NCBI GenBank assembly: GCA_025558095.1 | Contig: JAIVFI010000015.1 | Span: forward strand, 248,001 to 312,000 | Source: Hyaloraphidium curvatum SAG 235-1 | Lineage: Eukaryota > Fungi > Monoblepharomycota | Direction: 5' to 3' | Length of the DNA: 64,000 bases | Shown here: one piece after another, positions 10,601 through 22,363 of the stretch | Layout of the letters: each line of letters begins with the position of its first letter | How positions within the stretch are numbered: position 1 is the stretch's first letter | Notes under the pieces: generated by a model | Told to the model about the DNA's origin: nothing | Database searches by the model: none | What the model saw: the letters and a program-made list of their open reading frames with translations, nothing else | Position numbers and translations under genes: made by a program

Positions 10601-13600
10601 CTCCGGCCGCGTGTTCGTCGACACGACAGGCCAGCCCGGGGTCGCCGGCGTCACCATCCAGCTCACGGGGACGGCGTCGAACGGCAGCGCCATCAGCTTG
10701 GCGACGGTCACCTTGGCGGACGGCAGCTACGCCTTCCCGGACCTGCCCGACGGCACCTACACGGTCACCGAGATCGTACCGGACGGCTACTCGCCGTCGT
10801 CCAACTTCCCCAACAGCGTCATCACGCCCGTCGTTATCGCGGCTGGTGCATCGTCTGGCGGAAACGACTTCGGCCTCGTGCAAACCAGCAGCACTACGTA
10901 CGCTACCTCGGTGAGCAGATTGACGGGAAGCGCGGGAACCTGGCGCTGAATTGTCCTGCAGACCGTTCTCTTGACCTCGACTGCCGCGCCGACGACGACG
11001 AGCCTTCCCGGAGGAACCATCTCCGGCCGCGTGTTCGTCGACACGACAGGCCAGCCCGGGGTCGCCGGCGTCACCATCCAGCTCACGGGGACGGCGTCGA
11101 ACGGCAGCGCCATCAGCTTGGCGACGGTCACCTTGGCGGACGGCAGCTACGCCTTCCCGGACCTGCCCGACGGCACCTACACGGTCACCGAGATCGTACC
11201 GGACGGCTACTCGCCGTCGTCCAACTTCCCCAACACCGTCATCACGCCCGTCGTTATCGCGGCTGGTGCATCGTCTGGCGGAAACGACTTCGGCCTCGTG
11301 CAAACCAGCAGCACTACGTATGCTACCTCGGTGAGCAGATTGACGGGAAGCGCGGGAACCTGGCGCTGAATTGTCCTGCAGACCGTTCTCTTGACCTCGA
11401 CTGCCGCGCCGACGACGACGAGCCTTCCCGGAGGAACCATCTCCGGCCGCGTGTTCGTCGACACGACAGGCCAGCCCGGGGTCGCCGGCGTCACCATCCA
11501 GCTCACGGGGACGGCGTCGAACGGCAGCGCCATCAGCTTGGCGACGGTCACCTTGGCGGACGGCAGCTACGCCTTCCCGGACCTGCCCGACGGCACCTAC
11601 ACGGTCACCGAGATCGTACCGGACGGCTACTCGCCGTCGTCCAACTTCCCCAACAGCGTCATCACGCCCGTCGTTATCGCGGCTGGTGCATCGTCTGGCG
11701 GAAACGACTTCGGCCTCGTGCAAACCAGCAGCACTACGTACGCTACCTCGGTGAGCAGATTGACGGGAAGCGCGGGAACCTGGCGCTGAATTGTCCTGCA
11801 GACCGTTCTCTTGACCTCGACTGCCGCGCCGACGACGACGAGCCTTCCCGGAGGAACCATCTCCGGCCGCGTGTTCGTCGACACGACAGGCCAGCCCGGG
11901 GTCGCCGGCGTCACCATCCAGCTCACGGGGACGGCGTCGAACGGCAGCGCCATCAGCTTGGCGACGGTCACCTTGGCGGACGGCAGCTACGCCTTCCCGG
12001 ACCTGCCCGACGGCACCTACACGGTCACCGAGATCGTACCGGACGGCTACTCGCCGTCGTCCAACTTCCCCAACAGCGTCATCACGCCCGTCGTTATCGC
12101 GGCTGGTGCATCGTCTGGCGGAAACGACTTCGGCCTCGTGCAAACCAGCAGCACTACGTACGCTACCTCGGTGAGCAGATTGACGGGAAGCGCGGGAACC
12201 TGGCGCTGAATTGTCCTGCAGACCGTTCTGTTGACCTCGACTGCCGCGCCGACGACGACGAGCCTTCCCGGAGGAACCATCTCCGGCCGCGTGTTCGTCG
12301 ACACGACAGGCCAGCCCGGGGTCGCCGGCGTCACCATCCAGCTCACGGGGACGGCGTCGAACGGCAGCGCCATCAGCTTGGCGACGGTCACCTTGGCGGA
12401 CGGCAGCTACGCCTTCCCGGACCTGCCCGACGGCACCTACACGGTCACCGAGATCGTACCGGACGGCTACTCGCCGTCGTCCAACTTCCCCAACACCGTC
12501 ATCACGCCCATCGTTATCGCGGCTGGTGCATCGTCTGGCGGAAACGACTTCGGCCTCGTGCAAACCAGCAGCACTACGTACGCTACCTCGGTGAGCAGAT
12601 TGACGGGAAGCGCGGGAACCTGGCGCTGAATTGTCCTGCAGACCGTTCTCTTGACCTCGACTGCCGCGCCGACGACGACGAGCCTACCCGGAGGAACCAT
12701 CTCCGGCCGCGTGTTCGTTGACACGACAGGCCAGCCCGGGGTCGCCGGCGTCACCATCCAGCTCACGGGGACGGCGTCGAACGGCAGCGCCATCAGCTTG
12801 GCGACGGTCACCTTGGCGGACGGCAGCTACGCCTTCCCGGACCTGCCCGACGGCACCTACACGGTCACCGAGATCGTACCGGACGGCTACTCGCCGTCGT
12901 CCAACTTCCCCAACAGCGTCATCACGCCCGTCGTTATCGCGGCTGGTGCATCGTCTGGCGGAAACGACTTCGGCCTCGTGCAAACCAGCAGCACTACGTA
13001 CGCTACCTCGGTGAGCAGATTGACGGGAAGCGCGGGAACCTGGCGCTGAATTGTCCTGCAGACCGTTCTCTTGACCTCGACTGCCGCGCCGACGACGACG
13101 AGCCTTCCCGGAGGAACCATCTCCGGCCGCGTGTTCGTCGACACGACAGGCCAGCCCGGGGTCGCCGGCGTCACCATCCAGCTCACGGGGACGGCGTCGA
13201 ACGGCAGCGCCATCAGCTTGGCGACGGTCACCTTGGCGGACGGCAGCTACGCCTTCCCGGACCTGCCCGACGGCACCTACACGGTCACCGAGATCGTACC
13301 GGACGGCTACTCGCCCTCGGCAAACTACCCTGAAACCATTATCACCCTGATCACCATCCCCGCGGGTGGCACTTCAAGCGGGAACGACTTTGGCCTCGCG
13401 GCGCCGAGCACTTCTTCGAGCACCGTCGCGGCGGCGCCTGCGACCTCCGAAACCAAGAGCCTGACAGCAACGACCTCGATGTCGCACAGCTTGACAGCCA
13501 CAGCTTCGGGGACGCTTAGCAGCAGCTCTTTGACGGCTACAGAGTCGCAGACGCCCAGCACCAGCTCTTTGACGGCAACCGCTTCGGCGACGCCCAGCAG

Positions 13601-15995
13601 CAGCTCGTTGACCGCTACGAAGTCGCGAACGCCAACTAGCAGCTCTTTGACTGCTACGAAGTCGCAGACGCCAAGCACCAGCTCTTTGACGGCAACCGCT
13701 TCGGCGACGCCCAGCAGCAGCTCGTTGACGGCCACGAAGTCGCGAACGCCAACTAGCAGCTCTTTGACTGCTACGAAGTCGCAGACGCCAAGCACCAGCT
13801 CTTTGACGGCAACCGCTTCGGCGACGCCCAGCAGCAGCTCGTTGACGGCCACGAAGTCGCAGACGCGAAGTACTACATTGCTGACGACCACTTTCAAGAC
13901 CGCTACATCCACCACCAAAGTTGGTCTACCTGGCGCAGCTCTGTCCAGGCACCTCTGATTGTTGCTTTGTAGGTCTGCAGCACTGTCACCCCGTCTCCCA
14001 GCCCGTCTGGGGGCAGCAATGCTTGGAGTGGCACGGTAACCACTCAGGCACCTGTTTCGAGCCCTGGCGTCTCTTTCCAAGCGAATACCGGCGGTGATGG
14101 ATGGGATGTCGCCGTTCACAATGATGGCAAGAGGGTGTTCAACGTTTTCCACGTCAGTATGGCGCTCCGTGCTCTGAATCCAGCTGACGCATTGCACTAC
14201 GCCGCACAGCACCATGTTGGCATGACGGTGGATTGCCACGTAAGTGCAGCGTTCTTGGCGACACTCTTGCGTCGGTTGCCGTCCTCTCACCTTTATATTT
14301 CCCTCTAGATCAAGAACACCGGCAATCCATGCAACGTCAACTATCCGTGGACCGGAACGGCAGACGTGCTGACGTCGAACCAACCCTACGTTTTGTTCGA
14401 CCCCTTGAACCCGAACCTAATGTACATTTGGGTGATCCTTTCGGAGCAGTCGGGAGCCGCGTCGGCGGCGGGGATCGTGGGGATCAATGTGGGCGGCGCC
14501 ACTGGAGCGGTACCAAGCATCTCGGGGATGTATCGCATGTCGCGCGATGGCTACGGGCCGACAAGTGGCGGCTTCCCCACAGGCAACCGTGGACCCACGG
14601 GAGGGGTCGTAATTGGCACGTGGCCGCTGAATTCTCTCTTGCGAATCCTAATGCCATTCCACAGGCACGCAGTTCTGGGCCATCAACCACGCGATTAACT
14701 TTGGTCTGGATGATGAAAGGAACGCGATGCTATGCTTCGACACTTATACCAAGGCGGCATGTGCTGGGCCTGCTTGGTACCCCGTTAAGTACCCCGCCAA
14801 CTGGGTGCATACCGGCGGTGTCATGGCGTGGCTCTTGGAAGCGGCGGGACGGATCTACGTCTACAATCCGGGGGAGATTTCCGGTTCATGGGCGAACGTG
14901 ATCACCTGCTTCGATCCCAACTCGCCTGGCACCAGTTACGAGTGCGGTGGAAATTGGCCGGTCACGGTCCCGATTGAGTAGGTTCATGCTTCCTCTTACG
15001 ACGCGGGGTTCTCAATGGCCTCGCAGTACCACAACCAACCTCGCCACGAAGTCGGCTTCGCTGTTCCAGTACCGGCCCGCTGCGGGAGGTCCCCAAGGCG
15101 TCTGCGTGGGCGGTGCTAAGCAGAAGGACGTTTCGGGAACAGCTGGCCGAATGCACTGTTGGCATTTTGATGGCACCAGCATTGGATGTGGGTTTCAACT
15201 GGAACTCGTGCTCTTCAGTTTGGCTGACACCTTCATTTGGAAGATCTCGCCGACGTCTTTGGCCTCATGAAAGAGAACGCAATCAGCGGCACCAACTTCG
15301 GCAACACCAAGTACATTCTTCCCGCCGACGATGGGGTGACATGCATCGACATGAACACCAATGCTTACTGCACCGGCTACCCGATCGCGGGTTTGGCGCC
15401 AGACAAGTCAACTTATGCGATCCGCGCGGAATCGCCGACGTGTTTCTGGGCCAATTCAGACAGCGGCGATATCTGGTCGGCCTCATGCCCGTGTTTGTTT
15501 TTCTTCGCGGTGCTTACCGCCGTCGCCTCCTGCTAGGAACTTCAATCCTGTTTCCAGGACCGCGGGCTGTGGGACAAAGTTGTACACCTACGGTGCGTTG
15601 GGTTGCGTGGGGCCAGCTGGCACGACAACCATTGATTGTCTGCTCGCCTACCTCCAGACACCTTCCACCCCGCCGATCTCCAGAAGCCCTGGTGCACGCA
15701 GAACATCACGAGCTGGAAATCTTGGACGCTTATCAAGGTCGGCTCCAGCCTGACCTACACCAGCGCGAACCTCGTCTTCTATGACAAGAACCTGGTCGCG
15801 ATCCCGCACCTTTCCTTCACCATAACGCCGTCGTCGCAAACGGCCGACTTCGGGACCTACCTGCCCGGGTCGCTGATCCCCGACGGCACGCTGCGCTTCG
15901 AAATCAAGTTCACCGGTCTGACCGGGTGCAACGGGTGTGCTATCCAGTATAAGGTGGCTTATGACTCGGAGCCACAAGTGTGCTGCGACCCGTAG
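7615..15995 (+). CDS. Giant secreted multi-exon protein with ~11 SdrD-B/Cna-B-like domains, Ser/Thr-rich linkers and a Cys-rich C-terminal region (adhesin/cell-surface-like)
   Basis: Signal-like SLIGVAALLLLLSATIAVAGAQ. IWYDDDNDGLFDP..PIAGQ..TDGNGHY and repeated ISGRVFVD..QPGVAGVTIQLTG..T.ADGSYAFPDLPDGTYTVTEIVPDGY..NDFG. Ends ...VCCDP* at 15995, with AATAAA at ~16047. Confidence 0.8.
9702..13400 (+). repeat. Near-perfect 420-bp tandem array (8 full units plus a partial 9th); unit = 369-bp exon (123 aa) + 51-bp intron
   Basis: Exon starts at 9702, 10122, 10542 ... 13062. Intron gtgagcagat...ttgtcctgcag at 10071-10121 and every +420 bp. Only a handful of substitutions distinguish the units. Confidence 0.97.
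13480..13870 (+). repeat. Coding minisatellite (39-bp subunits, ~117-bp higher-order unit) encoding a Ser/Thr-rich stalk
   Basis: Translation repeats SSSLTATKSRTPTSSSLTATKSQTPSTSSLTATASATP. Confidence 0.85.
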
Positions 15996-16356
15996 TTTGA
16001 GCGGAGTTCGAGCACGATTCAGTGCTATTGGAACTCTGCGGCGGCAATAAAACTTGAACCTTGATCTCTACAAACTTAATGGGCGGAGCGATCGTCCTCC
16101 TAGCAGAGTCGCCTCGCGCGTGCCCGCGCTGGCAAGGCTTGGTACGTGGGAGTTTGTGGACCTCTCATCGGGCGCGTTGCCCGGGGCCTGCGCCTGCTTA
16201 ACGGCGCGGCCTCGTCCCCTTTGAGGTGCGCTGTTCCAGCGTACGCGGCCCAGCGGCGACTTCGACAGCTCCAAATGGTCCTCGGCCCGAAAGCCCCAGT
16301 CGCTGTCCGATTCACCGGCAAAAAAATAGCATTCCGCGCGGCAACACGTACAACGA

Positions 16357-17311
16357 CTACTTCTTCACCGGCCCGCCGATGATCCGCTCGAGCTTCACCT
16401 TGCTCGTGTCCACGCTCGACTTCACCGCATCCGCCTTGACGCCCATCCGCTCCAGCCGCTCGTTCTGGGAGTCGATCTCGTCGTTCATCACCAGGCTCAT
16501 CGCTTTCAGCCGCGCCACGGAGCCCGAGATGGCGCTCAAGTTCTGGTCGATCTCCTGGTTGATGGCCTTGTCGTCCATCTCGTAGGCGCTCTTTTTCCCC
16601 GTGGTCGCAGTCTTCAGGCGCGCGGCCTGGTTGTCCGCGCCCTGGTAGTGGTCCGTCATCGTGCCCATGGTGCCTTTGCGGCGGGCCTCCTGCTCCATGC
16701 GGTCCATCTCCTTCTTCGTCATGCCCGGAGTACCCGCGGCCGCCGAGAAGCCGGGCTTGTCCGTGGTGGTCACCACGGGCACGAAGAAGGCGGCCTGCAG
16801 CCGCGTCAGGTCGTTTGTGCGGGCCTCGGAGACCTTTGCGTGGCCGGCGGCGTCGTCCAGCCGGCGCTCGGTGCGGGCGAGTTGCTCTGAGTGGACGGGT
16901 GAGGGGCGGCCCGTGCCTCGTCCGGGCAATGTCCCCACCTCCCTGCGTCGAAAGCTTGCCGAGGTTTCCCGCGGCGAGCATCTCCGCCTCGGCGATGCGG
17001 TTCACGGAGCGGCGCGTCGACTCGAGGCTCGCCTGGTCGAGCCCGCGGCGCTCGGCGACCAGCGCATCGTACTGCTCCTGCTGCGACGCGTACGTGCGCG
17101 GCGCGGGCAGCGACGCCGCCGAACCCGCCGTCGGCGCGCGGTCGGGCGACTTGGCGGACGAGGCTGACGACGGTGCGGACTTCGACGGCGCCTTGGCCGT
17201 CGAGATGGGCTCGGGCGCCGGCGCCGGCTTGCTCGGCTTGAAGAGCTCCTCCCGCTGCGCCGCCTCGGCCTCCTTGTTGGGCTTTTTCTTGCCGAACCCG
17301 AGGAAGGACAT
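16357..17311 (-). CDS. SEC9: Sec9/SNAP-25-like Qbc t-SNARE, 1 intron
   Basis: Start MSFLGFGKKK. First SNARE motif SLESTRRSVNRIAEAE...QG/EQLARTERRLD; second EIDQNLSAISGSVARLKAMSLVMNDEIDSQNERLERM. Confidence 0.85.
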
Positions 17312-17454
17312 CGTGAATGCGAGGGAGTCGATGAAGGGAAAGACCCTTGAACTCCGCGCCAGCACGACGCCCCAAACAGTTCGCCTCGCCGAAGCACGAT
17401 GTGTATACGAAGGCTGCAGCACCAGGGAGCACATGCTCTGCACATCATTCGCTA

Positions 17455-18854
17455 TCACTTCGTCTCGACGGTCGGCGACACGAGCTCGATCTGCCCGGTG
17501 AAGCGCCTGAAGAACACCTCACTCCCGCTCAGTCTGTTTCCCGACCGAGCATCGCCCGATCCGGTGATCCACGGGTGCTTGAGCGCCTCCACCGCCGACG
17601 GCCTCCTCGCGGGATCCGGATCGAGCAGCCGCGAGACAAAGTCCTGCGCCTCGGGCGAGGCGCGTGGCGGCTCGAAGGTCGCGCTACGGATGCGGCGGAA
17701 CAGTTCCAAGAAGGATGGGGCCGTCGCGAAGGGTGTGCGGCCCTCGAGGAGCTCGTAAGCCATGCAGCCGACGGACCAGATGTCTACGTTGTGGCTGGGA
17801 GGAAAGATCAGGTCAGAGCTTGGTCGGGAGTCCCGCCCGCGGACGGAAATGCCTACGAATATGGCTGCCCGTTAACGATCTCCGGTGCCAGATACTGTCA
17901 GGATGCACGTTAGCGCGCGTTCCCGCCCGACTCGAGCTCCATCTGCTCACGAATGGCGTGCCGACGATGGTCGTGAGGGCAGAGTGCGCCAATGTGTAGT
18001 GTGAATGCTTCATTGCGCACGTTGGATCGTCGCAGGGCACAAAAGCCTCGCCAAAGTCAGCCACGCAAAGCGACTCGATATCGCCCGGCTTCCTGAGCAG
18101 CACGTTCGCAGGCTTGAGGTCCCGGTGGACGATCGAGTTGCGGTGCACGTAGGCCACAGCTTTGAGCAGGATCTCTACGGCCTTCCGGGCCTCGTCCTCG
18201 CCGAGGCGCCCTCCCTTGCCTTGCACGTAGCCGCTGAGCTCTCCTCCGGCGCAGAACTCGGTCACGATGTAGAGCTTGTCGGGCACTTCGAAGAACTCCA
18301 AGTACTCGCAGATAAACGGGTGGCCAGCGTGGGCCTGGATGCTGGCAAATGACAAAGAGTTAGTGCTCGAAGCCCATCGTCGTGTCTTTTGGATCCTACT
18401 GCAAGAACCGCCGCCGTATGTCCCGTTCCCGCTCCGGCGATTTCGGCGGTCGCACGATGGACTTGAGGGCGACCTGCTTGCGCGTTTCCACGGCCAGAGC
18501 GAGCTTCACGGCGCCCTCTGTCCCGGTTCCGAGCACCGCGATGTCGCGGTAGGCCTTCCGTCGTTCTCTGCCGAACCTGCACAGCATATCGAACTGCTCC
18601 TCTGTCGGGGACACGAAGAAACCAGGGGACGTGAGGGCCGACGGCGAAGGAAGCGAGCCGGTGGAAGAGACGATGGAGCTCGGAGTCGCCTGCTCGGGCC
18701 AGCTTCGGTTCGGCGTAGGCGCCGGTGAGGGAGAAGAGCTTGAGTCAGGGGACGCGAGGCCCCCGGACGCGCTGCGCGACGGTGGGGCCGGCTTCCCGGC
18801 ATCGAGAGGGTCCGGAGCGGCGGCGGCGCCGCGTCGTTTGAATATGTTGCGCAT
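17455..18854 (-). CDS. Ser/Thr protein kinase, CAMK group, multi-exon
   Basis: LGTGTEGAV, VALK, HRDLKPAN, ADFG, GTPF/YLAPE, DIWSVGC, RRPSAVEALKHPWI. Confidence 0.9.
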
Positions 18855-19089
18855 CGCGACTCGAGGAAGCGGCCGCAACGAGGTAGGGAGTGCAGTGCTC
18901 CTCTCGACAGGACCCAATGGACCACGTGCTGTGCCGATGGCCTGATGACGAAACCCTCACCTCTACGGTCCAGAGCCACTCAGCCCTCGTCTCTTCACCG
19001 CCCCCGGGCACGCTGTCGCGCAACAGGTGCTCGCAGCTCGGAAGGACTACGCCAACTTCATCTTCAACGCGAACTTTTCTCCCTTAATT

Positions 19090-19409
19090 GTTCTCGCCTT
19101 CGACTCCCTCGATGCTGCCTCGGCCCCTTCGCGCAGTTCTCCGCGGAGATGGGCCGGATCGCCCAGCCGGGCATCGTGGACCGGGCGGGCAAGCCCGTAG
19201 ACGTCGATGGCCTTTGCTCTCGTTTTGTTCGTCGCTTCCGCGAACGGATCGCGGTGGCCTGGGCCCGTGGTGTCGCAGCCCAGCTACAGAACTGGCTGCA
19301 GCAGTGCACTGCAGCTGCCACCGTTGCCGCGCCGGCCCCTGCGCGGGGTGCTTTCGGGCTTGATGTGGATGAGGCGCCTGGATGGCTAGCTCCTCATTAC
19401 AAACGATGA
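19090..19409 (+). mobile_element. Possible frameshifted relic of the 3' RLE-endonuclease end of a non-LTR retrotransposon
   Basis: VLAFDSL/(frameshift)CLGPFAQFSAEMGR...FRERIAVAWARGVAAQL resembles the ETxGxLG...QRLSVAIQRGNA tail of RLE elements. Intergenic position, no RT visible. Confidence 0.3.
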
Positions 19410-19634
19410 CGAAAGGTGGCTCGTTCACTCTTTTCGTTCAAAGACTAACGATCCCCTTCCATTCCTTCTTTCCACCGCAGTACAAGCAGCAAGTTAAAAG
19501 GATATCAAATGCCGAAAACCAATACTACCGACTGATCCACCGGGATTACGAACGGAACCACGGAACCCGCACCGGGGGCACGCCCGCCCCCCACTCTCCC
19601 CGAAACCCCCACGCTCCCGCGCTTGAAGACCCGC

Positions 19635-21364
19635 TCAGAGGAACCTGTCCAGCCGCGCCGCAATCTGGCGCCCCCCGATCGTCAGCCCGTTGGCGACCTC
19701 AACCGCCCGCTCCGCGTCCTCGCGGGTCGTGAAGCGGACGGTGCCCAGGCCCTTGGAGCGGCCCGAGCTGTCAACCATGACGTCGGCGTGAGTGGGGAGG
19801 AGGTTGTGCGGGCGGAAGATGTCCTTGAGATCCTGCCACCTCGTCGTGAAGGGCAGCTGGATGGCGCGACATGTCAGGAGAGCTCGACGGCACCGCCAAG
19901 CAGAAACGCACGTTGCTGACAAAGATTGCAGTCCCCGATCCAGACTGGACGCCACCAATGCCGGCGGCACCGGGGAGAGGCGACCCAATGCCTGAAGAAA
20001 TCGATCGTCAGCGGCGAAACCCGCATCTTTGGCACACAAACGCACCTTTCTGACCGCCTCCGGCAAGCCTGTCTTCGCGCACCTCGATCACCCTCCCCTG
20101 GACCTCGGCCCCGTTCAGCATCTCGATGGCCTTCTGCGCCGCCTCGGGCGACACCATCACCACGGTCGCGTATCCCTTGGAGCGCACGCCGTCGGTGACG
20201 ACGTCGGCGCGGAGGACCTGGCCGGCCTGCCGGACCATGTCCTTGACGTTCTGCCAGGAGAAAGAGTAGGGAAGGTTGCCGATGTAGAGCTGGGTCTGTC
20301 GAATCGGTTAGATGTAGATCCTCGCGGGAGCAGCGGCAATTGACTCACCCCAGCCGCGGCCGGGCCCCCGGATCCGGACTGCGAGCCGCTGAAGCTGCCG
20401 CCGCCGCCGCCTGCACCTCCTCCTCCGCCGTATCCGCCTTCGTCCTGCATGCTGCGGTCCTCCCGCACTTCGAGCCGGCGGCCACTCCATTCATAGCCCG
20501 AGAACATGGCTGTCGCTGCGGTCAGCAATCCGCGGCAGAACATGAGCCACGCTCGAACCCACATATCGCGTTCCTTGCGTCCTCGATCGTCGCCATGGTC
20601 ACCACGCCGTATCCCTTGCTCCTCCCCTGGTAGTCCGTGGGGATGTCGGCGCGGACGATGTTGCCGGCCTGGCGGATGAGGTCCTTGAGGTCCTGCCATT
20701 GGACCGAGTACGGCAGGTTGCCGACATAGAGCGTGCGCTGCTGCATCGATGCCGAGTCCGAAGGGAGGCCGCCACCTGGGGTGAGAACGGATGGGTTTAG
20801 GACCGTTCTACCGCCAGAAATCACCGCCACGGAGCGCGGGAGCCGTGCCGTCAGTGTCCAATTGGCAAGGTCTCTCGTCAAAGCCGTGGCTCGGAGAGAT
20901 TCCCATTTCCTTGTTGGTCATCACCGGCACCGCACCCGCGCCACTTGCGCCGTCGAAACCCACCGCCACCGCCGTTGCTGAACGGCGAGCCGCCGCCCAG
21001 GCCGGCGTTGCGGTCCTCGCGGACCTGGAGCAGCCGGCCTTGGTACTCGTAGTCGTTCAGGACGTCGATGGCCCTCTGGGCCTCGGCCGGGGTGCTGAAG
21101 AGCACGGTCCCGTATCCCCTCGACTTGCCCATCTGGTTCGTCACCACGTCCGCGCGCTCGGGAGTGACTGTTGGCGCGACGCAGCAAAGGGACAGGTTGG
21201 CGGCAGCCCCGCACTTGGAAAACGCCGCCCACCTCCGGCAATCTCGCGAACCAGGTCCTTAAGCTCCCCCCAAGTGACAGAGAAGGGCAGCTGCGCGGGG
21301 GTCACGCCGTGCGGCGGTTGACAGGCGCGGGACCTACGTTTCCCACGTAGACCTGCCGCGCCAT
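19635..21364 (-). CDS. Multi-RRM RNA-binding protein (Gbp2/Hrb1/hnRNP-M-like, 4 RRMs)
   Basis: MARQVYVGN/LPFSVTWGELKDL, LYVGNLPYSVQWQDLKDL, GRSKGYGVV, GRRLEVREDR, GGRQIAARLDRFL*. Confidence 0.9.
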
Positions 21365-21689
21365 CGTCTCGCCCCGTCTGTCGTGCACCTAAATCGCTCT
21401 CTTTCGCACCGCGGCCCACGTGCGCCTCTTCGTGCCCGCTGCGGTGTGCGGCCGCGCCTTCAGGTTCCCCGTCCGCTGCGCTTTCACGCGACCGCTGCCG
21501 TCCCGGCGCGCCGCGCCGTCCGCCTCCGCCGCGCCTCGCTGCCGCGCCGATCTTCGCCGGCACCCCCCGCCGGCTCGCGTCGCCCGCGAGTGCGCTGTCC
21601 GTGGGGCACAAGTGTCTGGGTCTGGGCAGTTGGCCGGCGGCCGCACGCACGAGCTTTCCGGTTGCCCACTTCAGGTCCCCCTACCCCCG

Positions 21690-22246
21690 ATGAATCGCCT
21701 CGCTGTCGGCCTAAAAGGCATCGCTTCGCTCCGCGTGACGCCCGAAGTCACCGCTGCCCGTGTGGTACGCCCCCTTGGGCACCTGCGGAGCTTGATAGGG
21801 TGACTCCTTTGCGGTTCGCAGGCCTCGGGCGCGTTGGACGTGTTTGCTACGCCTCAGCTGATCGCACTCAGCGAGAAGGCGGCCTTTGACTGTACGCTAT
21901 TGCTGCTTTCTGAACGTGAGCCGGGGAGCATGCTAAGCTGGGCCGATCAGCGGTTCAGCCCCTCCTGGACTCGTCCGAGACCACCGTCGGCACCAATGTG
22001 ACGATCGTGGGTCAAATATTGGTCTTTGGGGAACGACTGTTCATTGAGAGATCCCGTCGGTGGTCGGTGCAGGACCACCTGGCCGCGACGCCTCTGGGAA
22101 TGAAGGTGCAGGCCGAAACGACCCTCTCGCGGATAGACAAGAAGTTCCTGCACTTCGACGTAGTGGTCAAGGATGAGGTGGACGTCATTGGTCGGGGAAC
22201 ACATTCCCGGTTCGTTCTTGGGACTTCAGAAGGAGCGGACTGCTGA
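21690..22246 (+). CDS. FlK-like (fluoroacetyl-CoA type) hotdog thioesterase, 3 introns
   Basis: Spliced MNRLAVGLKG...VTPEVTAARV / VFATPQLIALSEKAAFD / ETTVGTNVTI / DHLAATPLGMKV...IGRGTHSRFV. The Thr-Glu-His triad positions are conserved. Confidence 0.8.
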
Positions 22247-22363
22247 ACTCTCCATATTGACAGCGCGATCGTGAACGTTTCTAAATTCATGAAACGTGTA
22301 CAAGAAAAAGGATACAAAACCGCTTCTTGACTCGGGATTCCAAAGGCTGCGATTTGGCGTGCC

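Noticed and set aside
8966-12721. 1251-aa plus-strand ORF and 972-aa minus-strand ORF across the tandem array
   Set aside because: These are shadow frames that stay open only because one stop-free GC-rich unit is repeated. Only ~9270-9652 of the plus ORF is real exon; the real protein is the spliced SdrD-B-like frame.
9702-13400. CRISPR-like or satellite interpretation of the array
   Set aside because: There are no unique spacers; units are 420 bp, coding and contain spliceosomal introns; no cas genes are present.
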